A stretch of DNA of 64,000 nucleotides, taken from NCBI GenBank assembly GCA_964359755.1, contig CAYHUB010000002.1, positions 924 to 64,923 on the forward strand. Direction: 5' to 3'. Source of the DNA: an uncultured Candidatus Saccharibacteria bacterium. Lineage in GTDB: Bacteria > Patescibacteriota > Minisyncoccia > GWC2-36-17 > WO2-46-25. The notes under the pieces were generated by a model, which had not been told where the DNA came from, did no database searches, and worked only from the letters and a program-made list of their open reading frames with translations. Below are positions 8,707-18,027 of this stretch, piece by piece. The stretch's first letter is position 1. The number at the start of each line of letters is the position of its first letter. The position numbers and the translations under genes were made by a program.

Positions 8707-9988
8707 CAGTAAGCTTACCTATCATAAAACAACACTGGCAAACGGCGTGCGGGTGATCACGGTGCCGATGAAAAACACCTCGGCCGTTACTTCGATCGTG
8801 TTCGTAAAAACAGGATCACGCCATGAATATCGGAAAGAGAACGGCATTTCGCATGTGCTTGAGCACATGCTTTTTCAAGGCACAAAAAAGCGCCCGGATA
8901 AGATCACGCTGAAAAGAGAACTTGATCGGATCGGCGCACAAAGTAATGCCTATACGTCGCAAGACCACACCGCATATTACGTGAAGGCGGATGCGAAGCA
9001 TCTTGATCTGAGCTTAGATATTCTTTCGGATATGTATTTACATCCGCTGTTTAAAAAAGAAGCGCTTGAAAAAGAACGGCGCGTGGTGGCGGAAGAGATC
9101 CATATGGTTAAAGACACGCCGCAAAGGCAGGTATGGGATAATTTTTATCAGTTGCTGTATCCTGATAATTCACTCGGGTGGTCCATCGCGGGACCAGCAA
9201 AAACCGTGCTGTCGCTCACAAACAAAGACCTTTTTTCATATCTTGCGCGAGGATATGTCGCAAAAAACACAGTCATTGTTGTTGCGGGAAACACGAATGA
9301 GCGGCAAGTAATTACAAAAGTAAAAAAATATTTCCGCGGTATGCAAAAAGGCAGGTTATCTGCGTATGCGCCGGTCAGCGATAAACAAAAGGAGGCGAGA
9401 GTCCACAGTGAATACAAAAAGATAGGTCAGGCGCATTTAGTCGTTGGTGTGCCCGGATATTCCGCACTTGATAAACGGCGGTACGCACTTGATGTGCTGT
9501 CGGCGATTTTGGGCGGGTATTCCAGTTCGCGGCTTGTGGTGTCCGTGCGGGACGACCTTGGACTTGCGTATTATGTCGGAGCGGACGTGAATTATCATGA
9601 AGATACGGGCTCATTTTCCGCATATGCGGGAATCAATTTGCGCAATATAGACCTTGGCATTACAGCGATCATGAAAGAATTTCAAAAGGCGGCAACGCGT
9701 CCTATTACAAAAAAAGAGATCGATGATGCAAAAAGCCACATTGAAGGAGCGTTCAGTTTGCGGCTTGAAGCATCGGATAGCGTTGCGGTTGGCGCGGGAT
9801 GGTCTGAGCTGATGACCGGGAGAATAGAAACGCCGGATGAATATGTGAAAAACATCAAGAAAGTAAGCGCTGAGGATCTGCAGGCGGTGGCAAAAGACAT
9901 TTTCAAAACCGAAAAACTTAATTTTGCGATCATCGGGCCGTTTCAAAAAAAAGATGCAAAGCGTTTTCAATCATTACTTCATATATAA
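8702..9988 (+). CDS. M16 family (pitrilysin/insulinase) zinc peptidase
   Basis: GISHVLEHMLFQGT (HxxEH), NAYTS, ERRVVAEE and SRL..VRDDLGLAY. Confidence 0.93.
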   Translation: MNSKLTYHKTTLANGVRVITVPMKNTSAVTSIVFVKTGSRHEYRKENGISHVLEHMLFQGTKKRPDKITLKRELDRIGAQSNAYTSQDHTAYYVKADAKHLDLSLDILSDMYLHPLFKKEALEKERRVVAEEIHMVKDTPQRQVWDNFYQLLYPDNSLGWSIAGPAKTVLSLTNKDLFSYLARGYVAKNTVIVVAGNTNERQVITKVKKYFRGMQKGRLSAYAPVSDKQKEARVHSEYKKIGQAHLVVGVPGYSALDKRRYALDVLSAILGGYSSSRLVVSVRDDLGLAYYVGADVNYHEDTGSFSAYAGINLRNIDLGITAIMKEFQKAATRPITKKEIDDAKSHIEGAFSLRLEASDSVAVGAGWSELMTGRIETPDEYVKNIKKVSAEDLQAVAKDIFKTEKLNFAIIGPFQKKDAKRFQSLLHI

Positions 9989-9999
9989 AAAGAAAATAC

Positions 10000-11379
10000 A
10001 TGAATAACCAATATCCAAAACTTACGTTTTGCGGAGGCGCGGGCGGCGTAACGGGCGCATGTTATTTACTCGAAACAGAGCATACGAAAATACTCGTTGA
10101 TTGCGGCATGTTTCAGGGATCGCGTTTTGCCGAAATACTCAACAGCGATCCGTTTCCGTTTGATCCCAAAGAGATCGCTGCCGCGCTCATCACGCATGCG
10201 CATATCGATCACACCGGGCGTTTGCCCAAGTTGTGCAAGGACGGATTTCACGGGAATATTTTTGCAACGATGCCGACGCTTGATTTTGCGAAGGCGCTTT
10301 TGATCGATTCAGAACATGTGATCGCCATGGAAGCAAAACATGAGGGGCAAGAGCCGTTCTATACCGCAAAGGATGTCGAGCTCGTGTTTACGCTTACCAA
10401 GCCCGTTGAATACGGAATGATGGTGCGCGTCACCGAAGATGTGGCGTGTAAATTTTACGACGCAGGGCATATTTTAGGGTCCTCCATCATCGAGATCTTT
10501 GTTACGACGGGGGATAAAAAAATAAAGATCGTATTTACCGGAGATCTTGGTAATTCGCCCGGACCGCTGTTGCGGGACACGCATAAAGAAACCGATGCGG
10601 ATTATGTGGTGATCGAGTCGGCATACGGAGATAGATTGCACGAGCAGGAAGGAGAAAGAAAAGATTCTCTGGAAGATGTCATCGAGGAGACGATCGCCGC
10701 GGGTGGCGTGCTTATGATCCCGGCGTTTGCCACCGAGCGCACGCAAGAGTTGTTGTATGAATTCAATGATCTGGTGGAGAACGGCCGCATCCCTAAAGTT
10801 CCGGTATTCATTGATTCTCCTCTCGCGATCAGGATCACGGAAGTGTATAAACGCTATTCGTCGTTTTACGACGAGGAAGCCCTGCGTTTGCTGAAGTCGG
10901 GCGACGAGATATTCAGCTTTCCCGGATTGAAATTTACGCCGACGGTGGAAGATTCCAAACACATCAACAGCGTGCCCTCGCCCAAGATCATTCTTGCGGG
11001 CTCGGGCATGTCGCACGGCGGGAGGATCGTATATCACGAAAAATTATATTTACCCGACCCGAAAAGCACCCTGCTCATTATCGGGTATCAGATCAAAGGA
11101 TCGCTCGGACGGCGCCTGCTTGATGGGGAGAAAATGGTGAGGATCCACGGGAGCGATGTGACGGTCCGCGCAAAGATCAAGCAGATCTCGGGGTATTCGG
11201 CGCACGCCGACCAGCAAGGACTGTATCGGTGGGTGGAGCCGATGCGGCTGTCGATCAAGAAATTATTTGTCGTACAAGGAGAAGAGAGCGCGTCAGAGAT
11301 ATTTTCACAGATCATAAAAGACCGGCTCGCGATAGACGCGGTGGTGCCGAAGGTCGGCGACTCCTTTGTTTTGGAATAA
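10000..11379 (+). CDS. MBL-fold beta-CASP ribonuclease
   Basis: THAHIDHTG, AGHILGS, FTGDLG, ESAYG, SGMSHGGRI and SAHAD motifs. Confidence 0.92.
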   Translation: MNNQYPKLTFCGGAGGVTGACYLLETEHTKILVDCGMFQGSRFAEILNSDPFPFDPKEIAAALITHAHIDHTGRLPKLCKDGFHGNIFATMPTLDFAKALLIDSEHVIAMEAKHEGQEPFYTAKDVELVFTLTKPVEYGMMVRVTEDVACKFYDAGHILGSSIIEIFVTTGDKKIKIVFTGDLGNSPGPLLRDTHKETDADYVVIESAYGDRLHEQEGERKDSLEDVIEETIAAGGVLMIPAFATERTQELLYEFNDLVENGRIPKVPVFIDSPLAIRITEVYKRYSSFYDEEALRLLKSGDEIFSFPGLKFTPTVEDSKHINSVPSPKIILAGSGMSHGGRIVYHEKLYLPDPKSTLLIIGYQIKGSLGRRLLDGEKMVRIHGSDVTVRAKIKQISGYSAHADQQGLYRWVEPMRLSIKKLFVVQGEESASEIFSQIIKDRLAIDAVVPKVGDSFVLE

Positions 11380-11423
11380 GGCAAGGCGCGTGGTATTATT
11401 GCATTAGTTTATAAGAATCATCT

Positions 11424-12008
11424 ATGGCTACATCACCGAAATATAAGATATGCGTGTCGGGCGCCGCGGAATCAACCCATTGCGGAGCAAGCGTACTTGC
11501 GCTTGCAGAAGAGATCGGGAGGGAGATCGTGCGGCAAGGCGCGGTGCTGGTGACTGGCGCGACATCGGGCGTGCCGTATTGGGCGGCAAAAGGAGCAAAG
11601 GCGGAGGGAGGGATATCGATCGGCGTATCGCCGGCGGCTTCCGAGCTCGCGCATGTGAAGGCATATAAATTGCCGATCGATTACTTCGACCTTATTATTT
11701 ATACGGGGTTTGATTATTCAGGAAGAAACCTGCTTTTGACGCGCGCGGCGGACGCGGTGATCACCATTTGCGGGCGCATGGGCACGTTAAATGAATTTAC
11801 GATCGCGTTTGAAGACCGCAAGCCGCAGGGGGTGCTTATCGGCACCGGAGGCACCGCGGATTATTTAAAGAGCATCATTGAAAAAATGCATCGCGGTCCC
11901 GGGAAAGTGGTATATCATAAGGATCCCAAGAGGCTTATCGCGGAAGTGATCAAGCTCATCAATAAGGACCAAAAAATGAAAACAGAGCCGTCAAAACGGA
12001 GAAGCTAA
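11424..12008 (+). CDS. LOG/TIGR00725-type Rossmann-fold protein
   Basis: LVTGATSGVP..AAKGA..GG.SIGVSP, RNLLL..AADAVI and GTLNE. Confidence 0.8.
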   Translation: MATSPKYKICVSGAAESTHCGASVLALAEEIGREIVRQGAVLVTGATSGVPYWAAKGAKAEGGISIGVSPAASELAHVKAYKLPIDYFDLIIYTGFDYSGRNLLLTRAADAVITICGRMGTLNEFTIAFEDRKPQGVLIGTGGTADYLKSIIEKMHRGPGKVVYHKDPKRLIAEVIKLINKDQKMKTEPSKRRS

Positions 12009-12029
12009 TAGTAAGTATTTAAAAGAACC

Positions 12030-12482
12030 ATGATCGATCCCCATCAAGTTTCCATGATTATCTCGCTTATTGTCGCAACGACGCTCGGGTTTGTTGTCGG
12101 CGTCGAGCGTGAGTTTGTGGGGAAAGAAGCGGGAATCAAAACATACGCGCTCGTTGCGCTTGGCGCCGCATTGTTCACGGTCATTTCATTCGATCCGAAC
12201 TTTCCTGATCCTTCCCGCATTATTTCTCAGATCGTTGTCGGTATCGGGTTTATCGGTGCCGGGATCATTATTTTTCATCAAAACAAGGTGCACGGACTCA
12301 CGACAGCCGCGGCGCTGTGGACGATGGCGGGGGTGGGGGTTGCAACCGGTATGCGATATTATACGCTTGCGGTTGCAAGTACGGGCATCATACTTTTTGT
12401 TCTTTTTGCGCTTCGGAAGCTTAAAATTGAAGAAAGGATTCATAAATTTGTCGGCATAGACGAAGAGGAGAGGGATCGGTAA
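12030..12482 (+). CDS. MgtC/SapB family membrane protein
   Basis: GVERE..KEAGIKTYALV, DPSRIISQIVVGIGFIGAG and GLTTAAALW. Confidence 0.92.
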   Translation: MIDPHQVSMIISLIVATTLGFVVGVEREFVGKEAGIKTYALVALGAALFTVISFDPNFPDPSRIISQIVVGIGFIGAGIIIFHQNKVHGLTTAAALWTMAGVGVATGMRYYTLAVASTGIILFVLFALRKLKIEERIHKFVGIDEEERDR

Positions 12483-12502
12483 TCCTAAGAGAGCGAAACC
12501 AT

Positions 12503-13654
12503 ATGAAAAGAATCATATTCGGGAATGAGCGATACGGCGTTGCAACGCTCGTGGGAACGATTGTTGGCGTGGGCATTTTCGGGCTGCCGTATGCGGCATC
12601 GCGTGCTGGGTTTTTTACCCAGCTTTTTTATTTAGGCGTATTTGCGGGAGTGTTCGTGCTGCTGCATCTCATGTTCGGTGAGATCATGCTGCGCACCGCG
12701 GAGCGCCATCGTCTTGCAGGGTATGTGGGAGTGTATTTCGGGGAAGCGGCAAAAAAATTCATTGAACTTATTACGATCGCAGGCACGCTCGGAGGCATGC
12801 TTGCGTATCTGCTGGTCGGAGGACTGTTTTTAAAAACATTGACGGGAGGCATCTTTGGCACCATTGAGCAGTATTATATTATTCTGTGGGCGCTTCTCAG
12901 CTTTGTTTTGTTTTCAGGGCTGAAGATGGTGGAGAGAACGGAGGCCATCATGTTGTTTTTTATGGTTGCGATTATTACGCTTTTATTTGCGGTAAGCATT
13001 CCGCTTGTTGATGCCGGCAACTTCTCCTTTTCTATTCCGGAAAATTTCTTTTTCCCGTACGGCGTAACGCTGTTTGCACTCTCAGGAACCGCGGCAATTC
13101 CTTTGGTGCGGGATGTGCTTAAGAACGAAGAGCATAGGATCAAAAAAACAATTATTCTGGGAACGCTGATACCCGCGCTTTTGTATGCTCTTTTTGTTTT
13201 TTCCGTGGTCGGCGTGACAGGAGCGGGAACTTCCGAGGATGCGCTTACAGGTCTGAATGGAGCATTAGGAAGATCTGCGGTGTTCGTTGGAGCGCTGTTT
13301 GGCTTGTTGGTCATCTCGACATCATACATTGTGTTCGGTCTTTATTTGAAAGATACGTTATGGTATGATTTTAACGTGCATCGTAAGACCGCGTTGTGGT
13401 TTATTCTTACGGCGCCGCTTGTGCTTGTGTTATTTCAGTCGGCGAGCTTTATTGCGCTTATCAGCTTTCTTGGCGCTATTTTTGGGGGTACGGAGGCGAT
13501 CTTTATTATTCTCGCATTTCAAAGAGCGCGAAAGCACGGCACTCGGACGCCGGAATATCAGCTGAAGGTCCCTTCCGTGATCTTATATGTTCTTATGGCG
13601 CTTTTTATGTTCGGTATCGTGTATACATTATTTGATGGAAAATTAAATTTATGA
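12503..13654 (+). CDS. Aromatic amino acid / HAAAP-type permease
   Basis: LVGTIVGVGIFGLPY N-terminal motif and about 11 TM helices. Confidence 0.82.
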   Translation: MKRIIFGNERYGVATLVGTIVGVGIFGLPYAASRAGFFTQLFYLGVFAGVFVLLHLMFGEIMLRTAERHRLAGYVGVYFGEAAKKFIELITIAGTLGGMLAYLLVGGLFLKTLTGGIFGTIEQYYIILWALLSFVLFSGLKMVERTEAIMLFFMVAIITLLFAVSIPLVDAGNFSFSIPENFFFPYGVTLFALSGTAAIPLVRDVLKNEEHRIKKTIILGTLIPALLYALFVFSVVGVTGAGTSEDALTGLNGALGRSAVFVGALFGLLVISTSYIVFGLYLKDTLWYDFNVHRKTALWFILTAPLVLVLFQSASFIALISFLGAIFGGTEAIFIILAFQRARKHGTRTPEYQLKVPSVILYVLMALFMFGIVYTLFDGKLNL

Positions 13655-14481
13655 GCGAAGGAAAAAAAATAAAAGTCGTGTTGGTGGAAGACGAAGAAGT
13701 ATTGCTTGATGTTCTTGAAAGCAAGCTTAAAAAAGAGGGATATGAGGTGTTTAGCGCGAAGGACGGGCAAGCAGGACTCGATCTGATACGGGCGATACTG
13801 CCCGACCTCGTGCTGCTTGATATCATTATGCCGCGGATGGACGGGTTAGAAGTGCTGACAAACATGCATAATGACGCGGTTCTTTCGAGCATCCCCGTGA
13901 TCATTATTTCCAACTCAGGGCAGGCGGTGGAAATAGAAAAAGCGGCTGCGCTTGGCGCGAAAGATTATTTAGTGAAGGCGGAATTTGATCCGCAGGAGGT
14001 GCTTGATAAAATGAGCGCGTTGTTGAAAACAATGGGGAAAGAGACGGACGCCGCTATGGTAAGCGCAGCTCCGGAGAAAAAAGAAGCCGTAGCGGTGAAC
14101 CCCGCTGATTTTCGCGTACTTCTTGTTGAGGACGACAGCTTCTTACGCGATCTTATTTCACAAAAGATGAAAAAAGAAGGATTTGTCGTGATCGAAGCGG
14201 TTGACGGAGAGGAGAGTTTGAAAAAAGCGGCAACAGAAAACCCGCACATCATTCTTCTCGATCTCATTCTTCCAGGTGCGGACGGTTTTGATATACTCAA
14301 AAAATTAAAAGAAGATCCCTCTGTCAGCAAGGTGCCGGTCATTGTGCTCTCCAATTTAGGACAAAAAGAAGATGTCGAAAAAGGGATCCGCTTGGGGGCG
14401 ACCGACTATTTGGTGAAGGCGCATAACACGCCGGGGGAGATCATTGATAAGGTAAGGGAAATACTCGCAAAGAACTATTAG
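13651..14481 (+). CDS. Response regulator made of two receiver domains, no output domain
   Basis: VEDE..LVLLDIIMP..IISN..YLVK and VEDD..ILLDLILP..VLSN..YLVK. Confidence 0.9.
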   Translation: MSEGKKIKVVLVEDEEVLLDVLESKLKKEGYEVFSAKDGQAGLDLIRAILPDLVLLDIIMPRMDGLEVLTNMHNDAVLSSIPVIIISNSGQAVEIEKAAALGAKDYLVKAEFDPQEVLDKMSALLKTMGKETDAAMVSAAPEKKEAVAVNPADFRVLLVEDDSFLRDLISQKMKKEGFVVIEAVDGEESLKKAATENPHIILLDLILPGADGFDILKKLKEDPSVSKVPVIVLSNLGQKEDVEKGIRLGATDYLVKAHNTPGEIIDKVREILAKNY

Positions 14482-14484
14482 CAT

Positions 14485-14526
14485 GTAGGGGCGCATCCCG
14501 CACTCGTGGTGCCTCTCTGTTTTTTT
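14485..14526 (+). terminator. Probable intrinsic terminator
   Basis: AGGGGCGC/GTGCCTCT stem (with G-U pairs) followed by a T run, directly after the response regulator stop. Confidence 0.45.
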
Positions 14527-14543
14527 ACCCGTATAGCTACATA

Positions 14544-15584
14544 ATGAAATATATTCGCTATGGATCGGTATTTTTAGCGCTCGCATTCATATTTTTAGCG
14601 GGCGTTTTATGGTATGGCGGTACGTTTAGCAAGACGGTTTCGGTAAAAAACAGCACAACAACGACTCCCAGAGAAACTCAAGAAAATAAGGATAGCGATA
14701 AACGCCTTGCGCATAATCCGCTTACCGGCACGATGTGCGAAGAGGGCGACGCGCGTCCGTTTGCGGTGATGCTGGCGGCAGATAACGTTGCGCGCCCGCT
14801 CTACGGCATCGCGCAGGCGGATATCGTAGTGGAGATGCCGGCGCTTACCAGCGGCATTACCCGTTATATGGGAATATTCGCATGCGAGCATGCAGAGGAA
14901 ATCGGGTCCATACGATCCGCGCGGCACGACTTCCTTCCTTTCGCAAAAAGCTTCGATGCGATCTATGCGCATTGGGGCGGTTCATACCTTGCTCTTGATG
15001 CTCTGAAAACGAAAGAACTTGATACTATTGACGCATTGCCAAACCCGTACGACGCGTTTTATCGGAGAAACGACAGGCTTGCTCCGCATAACGGGTTTAC
15101 GTCGTTTGCCCGGCTGAAAGAAGCGGCGCAAAAACTCGGCTATCGCACGGAGGGAAAAGCCACGGGATATCCGCGCATCGGTGATGAGGCGGTTTTAAGC
15201 ACGAATCAAAACATTTCAATCGGATACCCGTTTCCGTATAACGTGGATTTTTCCTATGCGTACACGACAAATTCATATGTCCGGTCGCGCGGAGGAGAAA
15301 AAGAAATAGATGCGGCGACACAGACGCAGGTAGAAGTTAAAAACATTATCATTATGCGATCGGCATCGCGTCAAATCAGCCCTGATTATAACGACGTGGA
15401 TGTGGAAAATGGAGGAGACACGATAGTGTATCGCAACGGAGAAATGAAAAAAGGGACATGGAAAAAAGAAGGCGAGCGATATGTTTTCTCTGGCGAGAGC
15501 GGGCAGATGCTTGGGCTGGTAGCGGGGAAAACATGGATATCCATTGTACAGCCCGATCAGAAAGTGGAATTTACTCTCAAATAA
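14544..15584 (+). CDS. DUF3048 (YerB-like) membrane-anchored protein
   Basis: N-terminal TM, PLTG, RPFAVM..ARP..GIAQADIVVE..GITR, IGSIRSAR, HWGGS and R.APHN. Confidence 0.85.
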   Translation: MKYIRYGSVFLALAFIFLAGVLWYGGTFSKTVSVKNSTTTTPRETQENKDSDKRLAHNPLTGTMCEEGDARPFAVMLAADNVARPLYGIAQADIVVEMPALTSGITRYMGIFACEHAEEIGSIRSARHDFLPFAKSFDAIYAHWGGSYLALDALKTKELDTIDALPNPYDAFYRRNDRLAPHNGFTSFARLKEAAQKLGYRTEGKATGYPRIGDEAVLSTNQNISIGYPFPYNVDFSYAYTTNSYVRSRGGEKEIDAATQTQVEVKNIIIMRSASRQISPDYNDVDVENGGDTIVYRNGEMKKGTWKKEGERYVFSGESGQMLGLVAGKTWISIVQPDQKVEFTLK

Positions 15585-15587
15585 CGC

Positions 15588-16529
15588 ATGATCATCATTC
15601 TTCACGGTATTAATACTTTTTTAACGAAGCGAAAGCGCGATGAAATTATAGCGAGCTATCGCGCAAAGCATCCGCAGGGTTTAAGCTTTTTTGAATTCGA
15701 CGAGGAAAGCAAAACGCGGGATATACAAACGGCACTTGAAACCGCATCATTGTTTGAGGAAAAAAAATTGGTGGTGTGCAGAAATATGCTTTTGAGCGTT
15801 GCAGATGACGATGGGTTTTTTGCATGGATGGGAGAGAAGACAATAAAAGAAGATAGTACGACCGTGGTGGTGTTTTCCGAGGACCGCGTGCTTGCGGAAA
15901 CAAAAAACAAAAACATCGCATGGCTTTTGGAAAAACCGGCAGTGATGCAAAAGGCAGAAAGCATAAGCGCATCGCGCCTGCCCGCATGGATAGAACAGGA
16001 GGCGATGCGGCATCACGCGGTAATCGAGCATGACGCGGCGGCGCATCTTATTGATGTATGCGGCGATGACCTTTGGCGACTTTCGAACGAGATAGAAAAA
16101 TGCGCTTCATATGATAAAAAAATAACGAAAACGCACGCGCAGCTTCTGGTGCCCATGACTATGGAAGGCCGCATCTTTGATGCGCTCGGGGCGCTCGCGG
16201 AAGGAAATATAAAAAAAGCGGCAACGAACTTTTTTACGTTGTTGAAAGACGGGGAAGATTGGGCGAAGATGTTCGGCGCGGTAGCGTTTCATTTTCGCGG
16301 CATGGTTCGGGTACGGAGTTTGCTTGATCTGGGGTTTGAGAAAGAACAGATGCGCAAAGAGCTGGGCATGCATCCGTTCGCCGTGCAAAAAACCATGGGC
16401 TATGTCCGAGGCGTGAATAGAGATGCTCTTACGAAGACCTATCAGATGATCGCGCGCGCAGACGTGGCTCTCAAAACAGGGAAGATGACCGCCGAGGAAT
16501 TTTTTGAGCGTCTTTTATTGGGTGTATAG
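15588..16529 (+). CDS. holA: DNA polymerase III delta subunit
   Basis: SLFEEKKLVV, GDDLWRLSNEIEK, LGMHPFAVQK and D.ALKTG. Convergent on rpsT, as is typical. Confidence 0.9.
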   Translation: MIIILHGINTFLTKRKRDEIIASYRAKHPQGLSFFEFDEESKTRDIQTALETASLFEEKKLVVCRNMLLSVADDDGFFAWMGEKTIKEDSTTVVVFSEDRVLAETKNKNIAWLLEKPAVMQKAESISASRLPAWIEQEAMRHHAVIEHDAAAHLIDVCGDDLWRLSNEIEKCASYDKKITKTHAQLLVPMTMEGRIFDALGALAEGNIKKAATNFFTLLKDGEDWAKMFGAVAFHFRGMVRVRSLLDLGFEKEQMRKELGMHPFAVQKTMGYVRGVNRDALTKTYQMIARADVALKTGKMTAEEFFERLLLGV

Positions 16530-16545
16530 CAAAAGATAGTGATAA

Positions 16546-16584
16546 AAAGAAAAAGATGGGACCAAAAGTTCCATCTTTTTCTTT
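16546..16584. terminator. Bidirectional intrinsic terminator between holA and rpsT
   Basis: AAAGAAAAAGATGGGAC / GTTCCATCTTTTTCTTT hairpin between convergent genes. Confidence 0.8.
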
Positions 16585-16603
16585 ATGGGTTTGCTGTGTA
16601 AAA

Positions 16604-16876
16604 TTACTTTTGAGAAGACGCTTTATGAAGCGCTATGGTAAGGCGCGATTTCTTTCGTGCACCGGTATTTTTTTTGATAACGTTGTTTTTTACCGCTTTG
16701 TCGATTGCCTGATAGAGGCGGGGGAGCAGCGCTTTTGCCTCATCGGACTTCTTTTTTTGCGCGAGCGAGCGGATCTCTTTTGCGACCACCCTCATCTTAT
16801 CGAGCGAACGGATGTTTGCGATTCTTTTTTTCTTGCTCTGGCGCAACGCTTTCTTTACTGATGATGTAATTGGCAT
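16604..16876 (-). CDS. rpsT: 30S ribosomal protein S20
   Basis: MPITSSVKKALRQS..N..AIDKAVK..IKKNTGARKKSRL. Confidence 0.97.
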   Translation of the reverse strand: MPITSSVKKALRQSKKKRIANIRSLDKMRVVAKEIRSLAQKKKSDEAKALLPRLYQAIDKAVKNNVIKKNTGARKKSRLTIALHKASSQK

Positions 16877-16973
16877 AGATATAATAAAAAATAATACTGC
16901 TATTTGAATGAGGATACTTTACTCCACCTGCGTTAAAAAAGCAACCCCCGCGCCCATGTATGCGAGGAGAAAT

Positions 16974-17002
16974 AAAAAAGCCGGATACAATTTCTGTATC
17001 CG
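16974..17002 (-). terminator. Intrinsic terminator of the 17055-17846 gene
   Basis: CGGATACA/TGTATCCG stem followed on the minus strand by a T run. Confidence 0.75.
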
Positions 17003-17054
17003 ACTCGTAACCTTGGCAAAGGGGGATGTGTGTGAAACAAGTTAGATGCGCCGT

Positions 17055-17846
17055 TTAGGCGGCGTGAGCGTGAACCGGCTCCTGAGTGAGGCCAAACGGC
17101 GTCGTGATGACGGCAGTTTTAGCCCACTGCACAAAAGAAAGAATCCTGGTCTTACCGCTTTGGATCATTGTCTCAGCGGCCGTCTTGGTCAGAAGACTGT
17201 AAGCGCGGACGATCTTGTCCTCAGTAACGACATTCGTCACGTTGTTCTGGACTCTATCCATGAAAAGGACGTTTTTGGCGAACGAGCCGATTTCCGTGGT
17301 CTTGTCCCACTGGTTGGCGAAGATGTTCGCCAGCGTCGTTTTCTGCACGGTCTTTCCAAGAGAAAATGCCACTTCGTTTCTGCTTATCACTCTAAGGTTC
17401 GCTATCCCGCTTGGAACAGTGAGCCCAGGAGAGAAGTGCTTCTCTTTTCCCATGGTTTCGGTCAGCGCCGCATACCCGGAGAAAATCGCGCCGTTCATGT
17501 TTCCCGCGGTATCCGCGAGTTTGGTCAGAGCGGCGAGAATCTTTTCGTTCGGCATGGTTCCGAAGTAGGATACAAACAGCTTGCCGTTGGGCAACTTGTT
17601 GACATACCTAATGACGGTGTCTATTTTCAAGACATTTGCCTCAGGAAGGGAGCACATTGCCTGCGAGAGAATCGAAAGGTTTCTTACGGATACAACCTGT
17701 ACGGTGTCCGTATCCCTTTTTGCGATAATCATCGCCGCGGCGTTCTTGATGTCCTGCGGTCCCATGGCGGCAATCGCTGCCGGCGTCATCTGTGCCACTG
17801 TGTAATTGCCCGCCTTCTCAATCTTTTCACCGATGCTTTTGTGCAT
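17055..17846 (-). CDS. Hypothetical protein (263 aa, no family recognised)
   Basis: Open frame with AAGGAGAG SD, its own TTGACA-17-CATACT promoter (17968-17940) and a terminator. Confidence 0.75.
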   Translation of the reverse strand: MHKSIGEKIEKAGNYTVAQMTPAAIAAMGPQDIKNAAAMIIAKRDTDTVQVVSVRNLSILSQAMCSLPEANVLKIDTVIRYVNKLPNGKLFVSYFGTMPNEKILAALTKLADTAGNMNGAIFSGYAALTETMGKEKHFSPGLTVPSGIANLRVISRNEVAFSLGKTVQKTTLANIFANQWDKTTEIGSFAKNVLFMDRVQNNVTNVVTEDKIVRAYSLLTKTAAETMIQSGKTRILSFVQWAKTAVITTPFGLTQEPVHAHAA

Positions 17847-18027
17847 TGTTTCTCTCCTTTTTTAAGGTTATTGGTTTTCCCCTTTGCCAAGAGATTACCC
17901 TTTGTAAAGAACTCATGTTGTTTGAAACAACAAGATCACAGTATGTATGAATGTATGAATCTTGTCAAGTTTCCCAAGACCGTGCTCTTTCTGATATAAT
18001 CCAAAGCGAGATTATTTACCTTTTGAC

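Noticed and set aside
14485-14516. GTAG-led hairpin as a REP element
   Set aside because: It is single-copy and followed by a T run directly after a stop codon, so a terminator explains it better.
17046-17999. 317-aa plus-strand ORF
   Set aside because: It is antisense to the 263-aa gene, which has the promoter, SD and terminator.
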